Source of the DNA: Oceanispirochaeta sp.
Lineage (GTDB): Bacteria > Spirochaetota > Spirochaetia > DSM-2461
Assembly: GCA_963663385.2 (NCBI GenBank)
Contig: CAXXXD010000004.1
Location: 1,056,001-1,120,000 of the forward strand
DNA length: 64,000 nucleotides
Direction: 5' to 3'
Shown: one piece after another, positions 52,782 through 62,557 of the stretch
Numbering within the stretch: the first letter of the stretch is position 1
Layout: each line of letters starts with the position of its first letter
The notes under the pieces: model-generated
The model's database searches: none
Told to the model about the DNA's origin: nothing
The model's input: only the letters and a program-made list of their open reading frames with translations
Position numbers and translations under genes: made by a program

Positions 52782-53183
52782 ATGAAAAAGATACTACTTG
52801 TTACAGCCGGAAATCTCTCATTATCTCTTGGGATTGCAGGGATATTTCTTCCTGTTTTGCCAACCACTCCTTTCCTGCTCCTATCAGCCGCATGTTATGT
52901 GAGAAGCTCAAAGAAGCTTTATTTATGGTTGATTCACCATAGGGTCTTTGGACTCTATATCCGTTCTTATATTCTGTATAAAGCTATCTCTCTCAGGGCT
53001 AAAATAATCTCTATTTCGGCTTTGTGGATTGTCATGGTTTCGACGATTTTTTTCTTCATCAGTTTGTCCTGGCTGAGAATTCTGCTGTTCTGTATCGGTA
53101 TCGGTGTTACGGTTTATCTGGTGTATTTAAAAACTCTGACGAAAGAGATGATTGAAATGGAGAAAAAAGAGATAAGAGAGTAG
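52782..53183 (+). CDS. YbaN/DUF454 family membrane protein
   Basis: GIFLPVLPTTPFLLL motif. Confidence 0.88.
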   Translation: MKKILLVTAGNLSLSLGIAGIFLPVLPTTPFLLLSAACYVRSSKKLYLWLIHHRVFGLYIRSYILYKAISLRAKIISISALWIVMVSTIFFFISLSWLRILLFCIGIGVTVYLVYLKTLTKEMIEMEKKEIRE

Positions 53184-53238
53184 ATCTTTAGGGCGTACTG
53201 TTTTTATCGTTTTGTAATTTTTTTTCAGGGAGGATTTT

Positions 53239-53289
53239 ATGGGAATTAAAGGTAAGGAAATAGTCAGAATGAATCAATGTCCAAACTAA
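53239..53289 (+). pseudogene. Short ORF resembling the N-terminus of a DpsL/ferritin-like protein
   Basis: GGAGG RBS then MGIKGKEIVRMNQCPN*; family similarity is from recall only. Confidence 0.4.
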
Positions 53290-53390
53290 ATGCTTCTATA
53301 GTATTCTTCATTTACTGTACATATAGGACAGATTTAAACTTCACGTCATACATTAAATATAGACTAGAATTAAGGATAGTATAGAGGTTT

Positions 53391-54176
53391 ATGGAAGGAA
53401 TGAAAGAACAGCAGGAAATCTTCGGTAAAAAAATAGTATTTGTTCATCCTCCTGAACTGGTAAAACAGCACATTATGGAAATCCTTTCTGAGAATGAGTA
53501 TGAAGCATACATTCTGAAAAACCATGAAAAAGTAAGTTTTATAGCAAACTCCTACCCGGAAACTCTATTCTTTATCAACCTGGATGCCGGGTTAAGCGAG
53601 TCTGAGTGGGAAGTGTTCATATTGAAAGTAAAAAAGGATATATCAGCTCTCCAATTGGGCCTTCTCTCTTTTAATATTTCCAGCCCGGATCAGATCCAGC
53701 ATTATATTCTGGATGTCGGGGTTAGCTGCGGCTTTATTCAATTGAAACAAGGGGCTAAGGTTGCAGAGGAAATGATGCTGAAGATACTGCATGCCAACGA
53801 AGCTAAAGGGCGGAGAAAATATATCCGGTATATCTGCAGAGAGTCGGATCATGTCTCTCTGAATATGAAAATTGGGGATGCTGCGATACAGGGTTCCATT
53901 CAGGATATCAGTTCCATTGGAATGGCCTGCCAGTTGTTATCATCCGAGGTTTCTCTTGTTAAAAACCAGATGGTGAAAGATATTCAGATGCGTCTCCGGG
54001 GCGCCATCATCAGTACCGGCGGTGTGGTTCTGGGTCTGCGGGATATGCCGGACGGTTCGGTAAAATATGTTATCCTCTTTACAGGCGATAAAACGGATAA
54101 AACGAAGCAGAAAATTCGTTCCTTTATACACCATTCCTATCAGAAGCGGTTTGATGAGGAATTTCAGTTAAATTAG
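53391..54176 (+). CDS. PilZ-domain c-di-GMP receptor protein
   Basis: RRKYIR (RxxxR) and DISSIG (DxSxxG). Confidence 0.82.
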   Translation: MEGMKEQQEIFGKKIVFVHPPELVKQHIMEILSENEYEAYILKNHEKVSFIANSYPETLFFINLDAGLSESEWEVFILKVKKDISALQLGLLSFNISSPDQIQHYILDVGVSCGFIQLKQGAKVAEEMMLKILHANEAKGRRKYIRYICRESDHVSLNMKIGDAAIQGSIQDISSIGMACQLLSSEVSLVKNQMVKDIQMRLRGAIISTGGVVLGLRDMPDGSVKYVILFTGDKTDKTKQKIRSFIHHSYQKRFDEEFQLN

Positions 54177-54261
54177 AATTCACCAAATATAAATTAGCAT
54201 ATACTCATAATATAAATTAAAATTACTTTATTGAACCATAATAAAGGAGCCTCATGGATTT

Positions 54262-54930
54262 ATGAAAAAGTATATCTGTTCAATCTGCGGTTATATCTAT
54301 GATGAAGCATCCGGTTATCCGGAGGGAAATATTCCTCCGGGAACAGCCTGGGCGGATGTTCCATCTTCATTTGTCTGCCCCCTGTGCGGCGCTTCAAAAG
54401 CTGAATTCCATGAAAAGGAAGGGGAGCCTCCCAGGACTGCAGCTTCAGCATCAGATACTCCCTCTCTGCCGGATGATATCAGCTATTCGGCAGCAGAACT
54501 GTCAGCCGTCTTTTCAAATCTGGCAAAGGGCTGTGAAAAACAGTACGATCCTGAAATGTCCGAACTCTATAATGAATTGGCATTTTATTACAATCTGAAG
54601 TCGGAAAAAGTCCGAAAGCCGGATTTCAAGAGCCTGAAAGCCCTTCTTCAAACAGATCTCTCATCCCATTTTGCCGTGGCTAATGAAGTTGCCGGTAAGA
54701 ACCATGACCGCGGGGCTCTTCGTGCTTTGAAATGGGCGGAGCAGGTTTCCCGGATGATTAATTCCCATCTGAATAAGGCTGAATCCGGTTCTGCCGATTT
54801 TCTGAAAGATACGAATATCTACGTCTGTGATATCTGCGGATTCATCTATGTGGGAGATGAAAAGCCGGAAATCTGTCCGGTCTGCAAGGTTCCGAGCATG
54901 AAAATGACACAGGTCAGAAGGAGCGCCTGA
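54262..54930 (+). CDS. Rubredoxin-domain protein with helical core and C-terminal rubredoxin-like site
   Basis: CSICGYIYD...CPLC at the N-terminus and CDICG...CPVC at the C-terminus. Confidence 0.85.
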   Translation: MKKYICSICGYIYDEASGYPEGNIPPGTAWADVPSSFVCPLCGASKAEFHEKEGEPPRTAASASDTPSLPDDISYSAAELSAVFSNLAKGCEKQYDPEMSELYNELAFYYNLKSEKVRKPDFKSLKALLQTDLSSHFAVANEVAGKNHDRGALRALKWAEQVSRMINSHLNKAESGSADFLKDTNIYVCDICGFIYVGDEKPEICPVCKVPSMKMTQVRRSA

Positions 54931-54931
54931 T

Positions 54932-56107
54932 ATGCATGCAGTAAGAAATATCCGGTTATGTACGAAAGACTGTCTCTGCCTTTATGTCTGTCCCACCGGG
55001 GCTACTGATACGGAAACAGGTCAAATTGATGCGGAAAAGTGTCTGAGCGGGTGCCGGTTGTGTGTCGATGCCTGCCCCTCCCATGCCATCTCTCTGGTTC
55101 CCGGGGAATTCCCTGTTCAGCAGAAGACGTCTGATGATGTCAAAAAGGCTCTTGGTATTCTTTCGAAAAGCAAGACAGAACAGGAAATTATCGCCTGCGG
55201 AATTGAGACGCAATCCGAAAACCCTCTTGCGAAACAACTGGCAAAAGCTGTTGGTATGTCAAACCGTATCATGGCGGAAGACCTTTTAAGAGAAGCAGGT
55301 TTTATGCTTCCCCAGAGCGGGGAAGTTCTGAATCTTTTAAAAACTCTGGCAGAATCTGAAAAGTCTGATGATTTTCCGAAAGAAACTGCCAAAAAACTTA
55401 TACAGAAACTTAAGAAAATTAATTCAACTGCGGAGGAAAAGAAAATGAAAAGATATCGTTGTACCGTTTGCGGATATATCCATGAAGGAGAACTGACTCC
55501 GGATTTTAAATGTCCAAGATGTAAACAGCCCGCTTCGGCATTCGAACTGATTGTAGAGAATGAACCCCCGGTCAACAAATATGAAGGAACAAGAACAGAA
55601 AAGAATCTGATGGAAGCTTTTTCCGGAGAAAGCCAGGCTCGCAATAAATATACCTATTTTGCCAATATTGCTCAGAGAGAAGGCTACGACCAACTGTCGG
55701 AACTCTTTCTGAAAACAGCCCGTAATGAGCAGGAACATGCCCGTATCTGGTACGAAGAACTGGGGAATCTGGGATCTACTGCCGAGAATCTGCTTCATGC
55801 CGCAGAAGGGGAAAACTACGAGTGGACCGATATGTACGCCCGCTTTGCCAAAGATGCCGAAGAGGAAGGCTTTGCGGATCTGGCTGCACGGTTCCGCCGT
55901 ATCGGTGCCATAGAAAAAGCTCATGAGGAACGGTACAGGGCTCTTCTGAATAATCTTGAGATGCAGAAGGTTTTTGAAAAAGGGGAAGAAACCATGTGGG
56001 AATGCCGTGTCTGCGGTCATCTGGTAATGGGGAAAAAAGCTCCTGAAGTCTGTCCGGTCTGTAAATATTCTCAAAGTTATTTTGAGGTGAGAAAAGAAAA
56101 CTACTAA
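54932..56107 (+). CDS. rbr: 4Fe-4S dicluster / rubredoxin / rubrerythrin fusion
   Basis: Ferredoxin Cys clusters, [37 protein letters not shown]. Confidence 0.85.
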   Translation: MHAVRNIRLCTKDCLCLYVCPTGATDTETGQIDAEKCLSGCRLCVDACPSHAISLVPGEFPVQQKTSDDVKKALGILSKSKTEQEIIACGIETQSENPLAKQLAKAVGMSNRIMAEDLLREAGFMLPQSGEVLNLLKTLAESEKSDDFPKETAKKLIQKLKKINSTAEEKKMKRYRCTVCGYIHEGELTPDFKCPRCKQPASAFELIVENEPPVNKYEGTRTEKNLMEAFSGESQARNKYTYFANIAQREGYDQLSELFLKTARNEQEHARIWYEELGNLGSTAENLLHAAEGENYEWTDMYARFAKDAEEEGFADLAARFRRIGAIEKAHEERYRALLNNLEMQKVFEKGEETMWECRVCGHLVMGKKAPEVCPVCKYSQSYFEVRKENY

Positions 56108-56132
56108 ATCTTTTCCAGCTTTGTTATAAAAT

Positions 56133-56159
56133 AATATCCCGGTTTGACCGGGATATTTT
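56133..56159 (+). terminator. Intrinsic terminator after rbr
   Basis: AATATCCCGG-TTTGA-CCGGGATATT with T tail. Confidence 0.7.
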
Positions 56160-56293
56160 GAATTTGAGGATATACTCTTTTTTTTTATGCCCCTAGGGTG
56201 TATTCAATGGCAGCAAGAGCCTAACGTTGATTTAAAAGCATATATGATCTTTTTAACCTTGTAAAAAAAGGAGAATAATCCAAAAATTACAAT

Positions 56294-56407
56294 ATGAGAA
56301 GGGCTTTATATGTAGATTTGGTACAATGGAAAAACTCCTGTCAAAGAAAACCTTTGCTTCTCAAAGGGGCCAGGCAGGTTGGAAAAACCTGGCTGATTAA
56401 AGAATAA
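56294..56407 (+). pseudogene. Truncated AAA+ ATPase (AAA_14/DUF4143-type) N-terminus
   Basis: MRRALYVDLVQWKNSCQRKPLLLKGARQVGKTWLIKE*; stops just after Walker A. Confidence 0.75.
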
Positions 56408-56469
56408 GGGCATAACAATTTCTCCTGCTATGATCAGAATAACAGGATATAATAGAGTATAAGACAATA

Positions 56470-56847
56470 TCAGAACTTTCTGAAAAATACCCACTCAATA
56501 TCCTCCGGTCTGTCCTTCTTGGTATGTAATTTCCTCATCCTGAGCTCATTATCACCGTTCATTCTGAAGATATAAATTATGTCACCCTGTGGTTCTGAAA
56601 CAATCTCCCCTGATCTGAATGTACATACCAATTTAAGTGTTTGTCCGTCGTATTTAATCTCTATTAAATATTGTTTAGCCAGATAGAGTATCTTTACTGA
56701 TTCATAATCTTTCGAATTCGACCAATATTGAAACTCACCTTCAAAGGGGATACCAGGAGTCCCCGGATCAATCAAGGCAATATCTTCTGCGTAGAGATAA
56801 AGAGAACCCGTTAGAGTTACTATCAGTAAAAGGATAAATCTCTTCAT
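56470..56847 (-). CDS. Exported hypothetical protein, AT-rich
   Basis: Signal peptide MKRFILLLIVTLTGSLYLYA. Confidence 0.6.
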   Translation of the reverse strand: MKRFILLLIVTLTGSLYLYAEDIALIDPGTPGIPFEGEFQYWSNSKDYESVKILYLAKQYLIEIKYDGQTLKLVCTFRSGEIVSEPQGDIIYIFRMNGDNELRMRKLHTKKDRPEDIEWVFFRKF

Positions 56848-56971
56848 AGGGATCAGTATAAAAAAAATCTACAATTGTATATAGATGAGCGGCTGTTAGA
56901 TTTACTTTATGCCAATGAGAATGATACAGCCCTATACTGGTATAAGGGTACTGTACAAGTAGTGGTCCCAC

Positions 56972-57000
56972 AAAAAATCCCGGCCAAAAGCCGGGATTTT
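56972..57000 (-). terminator. Intrinsic (bidirectional-type) terminator after asd
   Basis: AAAAAATCCCGGC-CAAAA-GCCGGGATTTT. Confidence 0.8.
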
Positions 57001-57024
57001 CGAATTCACTTATTCAGCTTAAAC

Positions 57025-58146
57025 TCAGCTATTCAAATACTCCAGCGTAATCTGCAGCATCCGTCTGACCGGCTCGGCCGCACCCCACAGGAGCTGATCT
57101 CCCACGGTAAACGCCGTAATATAATCTTCGCCCATATTAAGTTTCCGGACCCGTCCCACAGGAACATCCAGGGTTCCCGAAACAGCTGCCGGAGTCAGTC
57201 CTTTCAGGGACGCTTCCTTGTTGTTGGGTATGAACTTCGCCCAGTCCGTACTGGAAGCGATAATATCTTCCACCTCATCCAGGGGAACGTTTTTATTCAT
57301 CTTGATGGTCAGCGCCTGGCTGTGGCAGCGCATGGAACCGATCCTGACACAGAGTCCGTCGATGGGAACAGCGGGATCATTCTGCAGAATCTTGTTGGTT
57401 TCCGCAAATCCCTTCCATTCCTCTTTGGTCATACCGTTGTCCATGGCCTTGTCGATCCAGGGGATCAGGCTGCCGCCCAGGGGAGCGCCGAACTGCTCCG
57501 TGGGGAACGCATCGGAACGGATGGTGTCCGTAATCTTGCGGTCCAGATCCAGGATGGCGGAAGAAGGATCCAGCAGGCCCTCTCCGGCTTTGCCGAGAAC
57601 ATCCATCTGGGCAATCAGTTCCCTCATATTCCGGGCACCCGCACCGGACGCCGCCTGGTAGGTCATGGAGGTCATCCATTCCACCAGGTTCTCCCGGAAC
57701 AGACCGCCCAGGCCCATCAGCATAAGGCTGACGGTGCAGTTTCCGCCGGCATAGGTTTTGATTCCCCTTGCCAGGCCGTTATCAAGTACATCCCTGTTTA
57801 CAGGGTCCAGGACAATCAGGCTGTCCTCTTTCATGCGGAGGGTGGAAGCGGCATCTATCCAGTAACCCTTCCATCCGCTTTTACGGAGTTCCGTGTAGTA
57901 TTTTTCTGTATAGGAACCGCCCTGGCATGTAAGGATAATATCCTGTTTTTTCAGTTGTTCCAGATCATGTGCATCTGCCAGCGGTGGCAGATCTCTGCCG
58001 ATTTCCGGAGCTTTCTGTCCGGCCTGGGAGGTAGAGAAGAATAGGGGCTCCATATCTTTGGTCGCGAAATCATTTTCCGCCTGCATACGCTCCAGCAGAA
58101 CTGATCCGACCATACCTCTCCAACCGATAATCCCGACTTTTTTCAC
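57025..58146 (-). CDS. asd: Aspartate-semialdehyde dehydrogenase (E. coli type)
   Basis: [37 protein letters not shown] start behind AGGAG. Confidence 0.96.
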   Translation of the reverse strand: MKKVGIIGWRGMVGSVLLERMQAENDFATKDMEPLFFSTSQAGQKAPEIGRDLPPLADAHDLEQLKKQDIILTCQGGSYTEKYYTELRKSGWKGYWIDAASTLRMKEDSLIVLDPVNRDVLDNGLARGIKTYAGGNCTVSLMLMGLGGLFRENLVEWMTSMTYQAASGAGARNMRELIAQMDVLGKAGEGLLDPSSAILDLDRKITDTIRSDAFPTEQFGAPLGGSLIPWIDKAMDNGMTKEEWKGFAETNKILQNDPAVPIDGLCVRIGSMRCHSQALTIKMNKNVPLDEVEDIIASSTDWAKFIPNNKEASLKGLTPAAVSGTLDVPVGRVRKLNMGEDYITAFTVGDQLLWGAAEPVRRMLQITLEYLNS

Positions 58147-58483
58147 GGTTCTCTCCTGTTTGATAGTTTGCAAAAATATAGACAAAAATCCTGTTTCTGT
58201 AAATAAGATCGTATCCCTGAAAAAGGGAGTTAAAAGAGCGGGAAACGGGCTGAAAACGGCGACTAGTGTAAAAATAGTCTCATCTTCACCAGGAATTCAC
58301 AGGGAATTCAGAGAAAATCTTTGACGGTTGGGTGTTTTATAGGGCATTATGGGGACACGCTGAGTGTGATACCCGGTGTGATTACAAGATAGGAAACAGA
58401 TCCCGGGGGGCAGCCCCTGATTCATATTAAAGGGGACGTTACCTGTTCTGATGTTTCTCTTATTATTAAAGGAGAATGAATAT

Positions 58484-60187
58484 ATGGCAGATCTATTAAA
58501 CAAATTGACATTAAGCGAAGCCTGGAAACGCAGCCGGGCAAAATATACATCTCTGGACTTTCTGGGATACGCCGGTGAGAAAGCCGTCACATATGGACAG
58601 GCCGACCGGATCGTTTTCGGCATTCAGGCCTATCTGAAAGATCAGGGCATAAAACCCGGTGACAAGGTTGCCCTGATCAGCGAAAGCCGTCCCGAGTGGG
58701 GGCTGGCCTATCTGGCTGTTACGACCATGGGCGCCGTTGTCGTTCCTGTTATGGTCGATTTCTCGGCAGAACAGATCGGGAATATCATGGACCACTCCGA
58801 ATCCTGTTTCATGTTTGCTTCCGAGAAAGCCCTGAATAAACTGGCTGATACTCCCTTTGTCCGCGACAGCAGGCTTATCCTGCTGCAGGAAGGTCTGAAA
58901 ACAGGGACCTGCTCCATCGACGGGGACGCAGTTGTTTTTAAAACGGATGGCCGCAACTTCTTTCTGGAAGGGGCGGAGGCCCGTCCGGATGAACTCTCTC
59001 CTGAAAATCTGATAGTCGATGTGGCGGAGGATGAGCCGGCTGCCATACTGTATACCTCGGGAACAACAGGATCTTCCAAAGGGGTTATGCTCTCCCATAA
59101 AAACATAACCCATAATGCCATGGTGGGGCTTCCCATACCCGGTACAGAAGCGGGACACCGTTTTTTATCGGTACTGCCTCTGGCTCACTCCTATGAGTGT
59201 ACCCTCGGGTTTGTCCTGCCCCTTATAGCTGGCGCTCAGGTCTGCTATATCAAAGGCGCTCCCACCGCCCGTATCATGCTAAAAGCCCTTGGTCTCGTAA
59301 AACCACAGCATATGCTGACCGTTCCCATTCTGATGGAAAAAATCTACAGAACCAGTATCCTTCCCAAGTTAACAGGTTCTCCTTTGTTAAAAGTATTGTA
59401 TAAAAACCGTGTTCTTCGGTTTCTGCTGAACCGCTATGTGGCCGGGAAAAAGCTGAAAGCTCTTTTCGGAGGGAATATTCAGTTTTTCGGCATCGGCGGA
59501 GCTCCCCTTGCTCCGGATGTAGAGAGTTTCCTCCGGGATGCGAAATTCCCCTATTCCGTTGGGTACGGATTGACGGAAACCGCTCCCTGTCTGGCGGGAT
59601 CAAAACCGGCTGATACAATTTTCCGCTCTATCGGACCGGCCTTCCGGGATGTGGAGCTGCGGATTTGTGATGTTAATCCCGAGACGGGGCATGGCGAAAT
59701 CCAGGCCAAAGGACCGAATATTATGCTGGGGTACTATAAGGATGAGTTAAAAACAGCAGAAGTATTTACACAGGACGGCTGGTTTAAAACGGGAGATCTG
59801 GGATTCCTGGACAAGAAAAATAATCTGTTTATCAAGGGCCGTCTGAAAAATATGATTCTTGGTCCCAATGGAGAGAATATCTATCCTGAAGAGATAGAAG
59901 CTGTTTTGAACAGAGATCCTTTTGTGGCGGAGTCACTGGTTACAAGAATGGGAAACAGCCTGGTTGCCCGTATTCAGTTCAATACGGAAAAACTGGATGA
60001 GTTTATTCAGAATCTCAAAGCCTCACCGGAGGAGCTGGGCAGGATTAAAACGGAGATGCTGGAGACTATACGTAAAACGGCCAATGACAGACTGAGTGTC
60101 TTATCCCGATTAAGCGAGATGATTGAGCAGGTTGAACCTTTCGAAAAGACCCCATCTCTTAAAATAAAGCGTTTTCTCTATACCTGA
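58484..60187 (+). CDS. Long-chain fatty acid--CoA ligase (AMP-binding)
   Basis: YTSGTTGSSKG, GYGLTE, TGDLG, GRLKN; start set to MADL. Confidence 0.9.
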   Translation: MADLLNKLTLSEAWKRSRAKYTSLDFLGYAGEKAVTYGQADRIVFGIQAYLKDQGIKPGDKVALISESRPEWGLAYLAVTTMGAVVVPVMVDFSAEQIGNIMDHSESCFMFASEKALNKLADTPFVRDSRLILLQEGLKTGTCSIDGDAVVFKTDGRNFFLEGAEARPDELSPENLIVDVAEDEPAAILYTSGTTGSSKGVMLSHKNITHNAMVGLPIPGTEAGHRFLSVLPLAHSYECTLGFVLPLIAGAQVCYIKGAPTARIMLKALGLVKPQHMLTVPILMEKIYRTSILPKLTGSPLLKVLYKNRVLRFLLNRYVAGKKLKALFGGNIQFFGIGGAPLAPDVESFLRDAKFPYSVGYGLTETAPCLAGSKPADTIFRSIGPAFRDVELRICDVNPETGHGEIQAKGPNIMLGYYKDELKTAEVFTQDGWFKTGDLGFLDKKNNLFIKGRLKNMILGPNGENIYPEEIEAVLNRDPFVAESLVTRMGNSLVARIQFNTEKLDEFIQNLKASPEELGRIKTEMLETIRKTANDRLSVLSRLSEMIEQVEPFEKTPSLKIKRFLYT

Positions 60188-60207
60188 TCCATGATAAAAT
60201 AGCCCTG

Positions 60208-60600
60208 ATGATTGATTTTGATGTATTAAACAGAGCAAATGATCTCATAGATGACCTTAAGATTGAAGCGGTTCTGGATACGACAGGTAATCAGGATCGT
60301 ATCCTCATTCGCCTGCAGGGTGTTCTGGGTCATCTGAATACAGTCGAATTTGCCGACCGGATTATTGAGTTTTTTCAGGGGGACTGGAAAGGAATTCCGA
60401 TTATTATTGACCTGAAAGATCTTCAATATATATCCTCAAGCGGTATCGGCACTTTTACCACAATCAGAATGCAGGCGGACCATAAAAATTCTGACTTATA
60501 TCTGTTAAAGATGAATCAGAAGGTAAGGCAGGTTTTTGATCAGCTGGGTTTCTCTTCCTTTTTCAGACTGATTGATTCTTTAGAGGAACTTCAGGAATGA
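60208..60600 (+). CDS. STAS-domain anti-sigma factor antagonist
   Basis: DLKDLQYISSSGIG phospho-Ser motif. Confidence 0.88.
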   Translation: MIDFDVLNRANDLIDDLKIEAVLDTTGNQDRILIRLQGVLGHLNTVEFADRIIEFFQGDWKGIPIIIDLKDLQYISSSGIGTFTTIRMQADHKNSDLYLLKMNQKVRQVFDQLGFSSFFRLIDSLEELQE

Positions 60601-61214
60601 ATCAGCATAATTCCGGAAAATGGTACCATGATATTCGGTCTTCATTAAACGGAGTTATCTGTATGGGAAGTCTGCTGGAAGAGACTGAACTGACAAACGA
60701 ACAGAGGGAACTCCTTTCCTATATGATTCATTCAGCGAATAAAACTGTCGAAATGCTGGAGGCAGGGAGAACTGATATAAAACACGAAAAGGGAACAGAA
60801 GGTCCGGCCGGTGAAAAAGCCGCTGCCGAGAACGGCGTCTCGTCCAGAATCCTTGTGGCAGAAGACGATGATATCAATCGGCTCTATCTTTCCACCCTAC
60901 TGAAACGCAGAAACTGGGAGATTCATGAGGCCGTTGACGGACTGCAGGCCGTAGAGCTTTGCAGGCAGAACAGTTACAGGATTATTCTGATGGATGTAAG
61001 CATGCCCGGGCTGGATGGTTTTCAGGCGGCCAGACAGATACGTGATTCCGGAAATAATACCCCTATAATTGCCATTACGGCTCACAGCCTGCTGGATCTG
61101 CAGAAGAATCTGGCAGGCACAGGTGTGGATAATATCCTCAGAAAACCTTTTAATGAGGAAAATTTACTGAAGGCCATACATAAACTTGCCGGTGATATTT
61201 CCAGCGCTTCATAA
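60597..61214 (+). CDS. Response regulator receiver protein with N-terminal HisKA-like helix pair
   Basis: HDIRSSLNGV H-box, then ILVAEDD, LMDVSMP, AITA, KP. Confidence 0.82.
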   Translation: MNQHNSGKWYHDIRSSLNGVICMGSLLEETELTNEQRELLSYMIHSANKTVEMLEAGRTDIKHEKGTEGPAGEKAAAENGVSSRILVAEDDDINRLYLSTLLKRRNWEIHEAVDGLQAVELCRQNSYRIILMDVSMPGLDGFQAARQIRDSGNNTPIIAITAHSLLDLQKNLAGTGVDNILRKPFNEENLLKAIHKLAGDISSAS

Positions 61215-61249
61215 AAAAAGAGGACTGTCACAACGTAACAGCCCCCTCT
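61213..61249 (-). terminator. Intrinsic terminator on the minus strand
   Basis: AGAGGGGGCTGT...ACAGTCCTC followed by T7. Confidence 0.6.
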
Positions 61250-61445
61250 AATGGAGAAAGTAAAATGAAAAAATCTTCAACCAGCTTTAATCTGTGTCTT
61301 TGCTCTTGAAGTAATATCTAATTAACAATATAAACCGGTTACTGTTACAGAATATAGTGTTATATTGTGTGAATCCTGTGATTTCAGGATGATCTTTCGT
61401 TGTGCTATTGCAGTATAACTTATTAATCAACGGCAACTTAACGCT

Positions 61446-62432
61446 CTAGGCCGCCGCTCGGAGAATCTTTTTCCTGTTAAAGAACGCTGGTGAAATTTTA
61501 ACATACCAGGTTGACAGCTGTATTTGAATAATATAACCCAATGCGATAATCAGGGCAATCCCGGAGCCTTCCGGACCGAAAGATGTCATGGCAATGGCCA
61601 GGGCTATGGACAGGTTTCTGAGTACTGTCCCGTAAACCAGAGCCAATCCGTCTTCCCTGTTAAAATGCTTTCTGGCAATAACAGTACTTAAGATAATATT
61701 GATTCCATACAGCAGCAGCAGAGGGGGGATCAGTTTAAAGAACGAGACAGGGTCGGCCATTATGGACCTGGACTTCAGAGCCATGGCAATAAAGACAATG
61801 GACAGGACTCCGATGGTTGAGATCGGCGGAAAGCGCTTTTTTATATCTTTCCGGTACTTTTCCCTGCCGTATTTTCTTATAAGCAGGTTCTGGGTAACTC
61901 CCCCGAGAAGCATGGGGAGCAGTACGATTACAAGTATCTGCAGGAAGATCTTGGCCATGGGGATGGAGATGACTGCGCCCATCAGCATCTTGATATAGAC
62001 GGGGGTCAGAAAGGATCCGAAGAGCAGTCCGAATATGGTCATTTTTACAGCTGCTTCCATATTTCCCCCGGACATCCCGGTCCAGGATATGGTCATTCCG
62101 GAAGTGGGAAGGAGGGATACCAGAAGGATGCCCAGCTGCAGATAGGGGTTAGCAGCAAAAAAGATCTTCCCCAGCAGCAGGGCTATAAAGGGAATAATGC
62201 CGAAATTGATAATCTGCGTGGCTATCTGTACTTTTGTATCTCCCTTCTCCAGAATTTTCCTGAACTGCATGGTCACCATCATGGGGTAGACCATAAGAAA
62301 GGTAAAAGGAAGTATAAGGTTCTTCAGGACGGAAATATTATTTACAGTCAGCCCTGTAAGGAAACCGGCTATCATAAAGACCGGTACGGCTAATATCAGT
62401 TTCTTTTGTATTAGTGCAAGAAAATTCCACAT
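61446..62432 (-). CDS. Acr3/bile acid:Na+ symporter family transporter
   Basis: About 10 TM segments, LMVYPMM, PTSGMTISWT, RNLSIALAIA. Confidence 0.82.
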   Translation of the reverse strand: MWNFLALIQKKLILAVPVFMIAGFLTGLTVNNISVLKNLILPFTFLMVYPMMVTMQFRKILEKGDTKVQIATQIINFGIIPFIALLLGKIFFAANPYLQLGILLVSLLPTSGMTISWTGMSGGNMEAAVKMTIFGLLFGSFLTPVYIKMLMGAVISIPMAKIFLQILVIVLLPMLLGGVTQNLLIRKYGREKYRKDIKKRFPPISTIGVLSIVFIAMALKSRSIMADPVSFFKLIPPLLLLYGINIILSTVIARKHFNREDGLALVYGTVLRNLSIALAIAMTSFGPEGSGIALIIALGYIIQIQLSTWYVKISPAFFNRKKILRAAA

Positions 62433-62557
62433 AAAGTCCTCCTGTTATGGGAATATGTTAAATATTTAAATTAATATATATAGATAATCATATTATGTAA
62501 AGGGGATATTGCTGGAAAATCCGACACTCTCTGCCCGGGGGCCGCTATCCGTATATC

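Noticed and set aside
56410..56905. Integron cassette around the 125-aa orphan gene
   Set aside because: Only isolated TAAC/GTTA words; no convincing paired attC arms and no integrase.
58150..58450. Lysine riboswitch upstream of asd, or a structured leader for the acyl-CoA ligase
   Set aside because: No L-box consensus could be recognised; only short hairpins.
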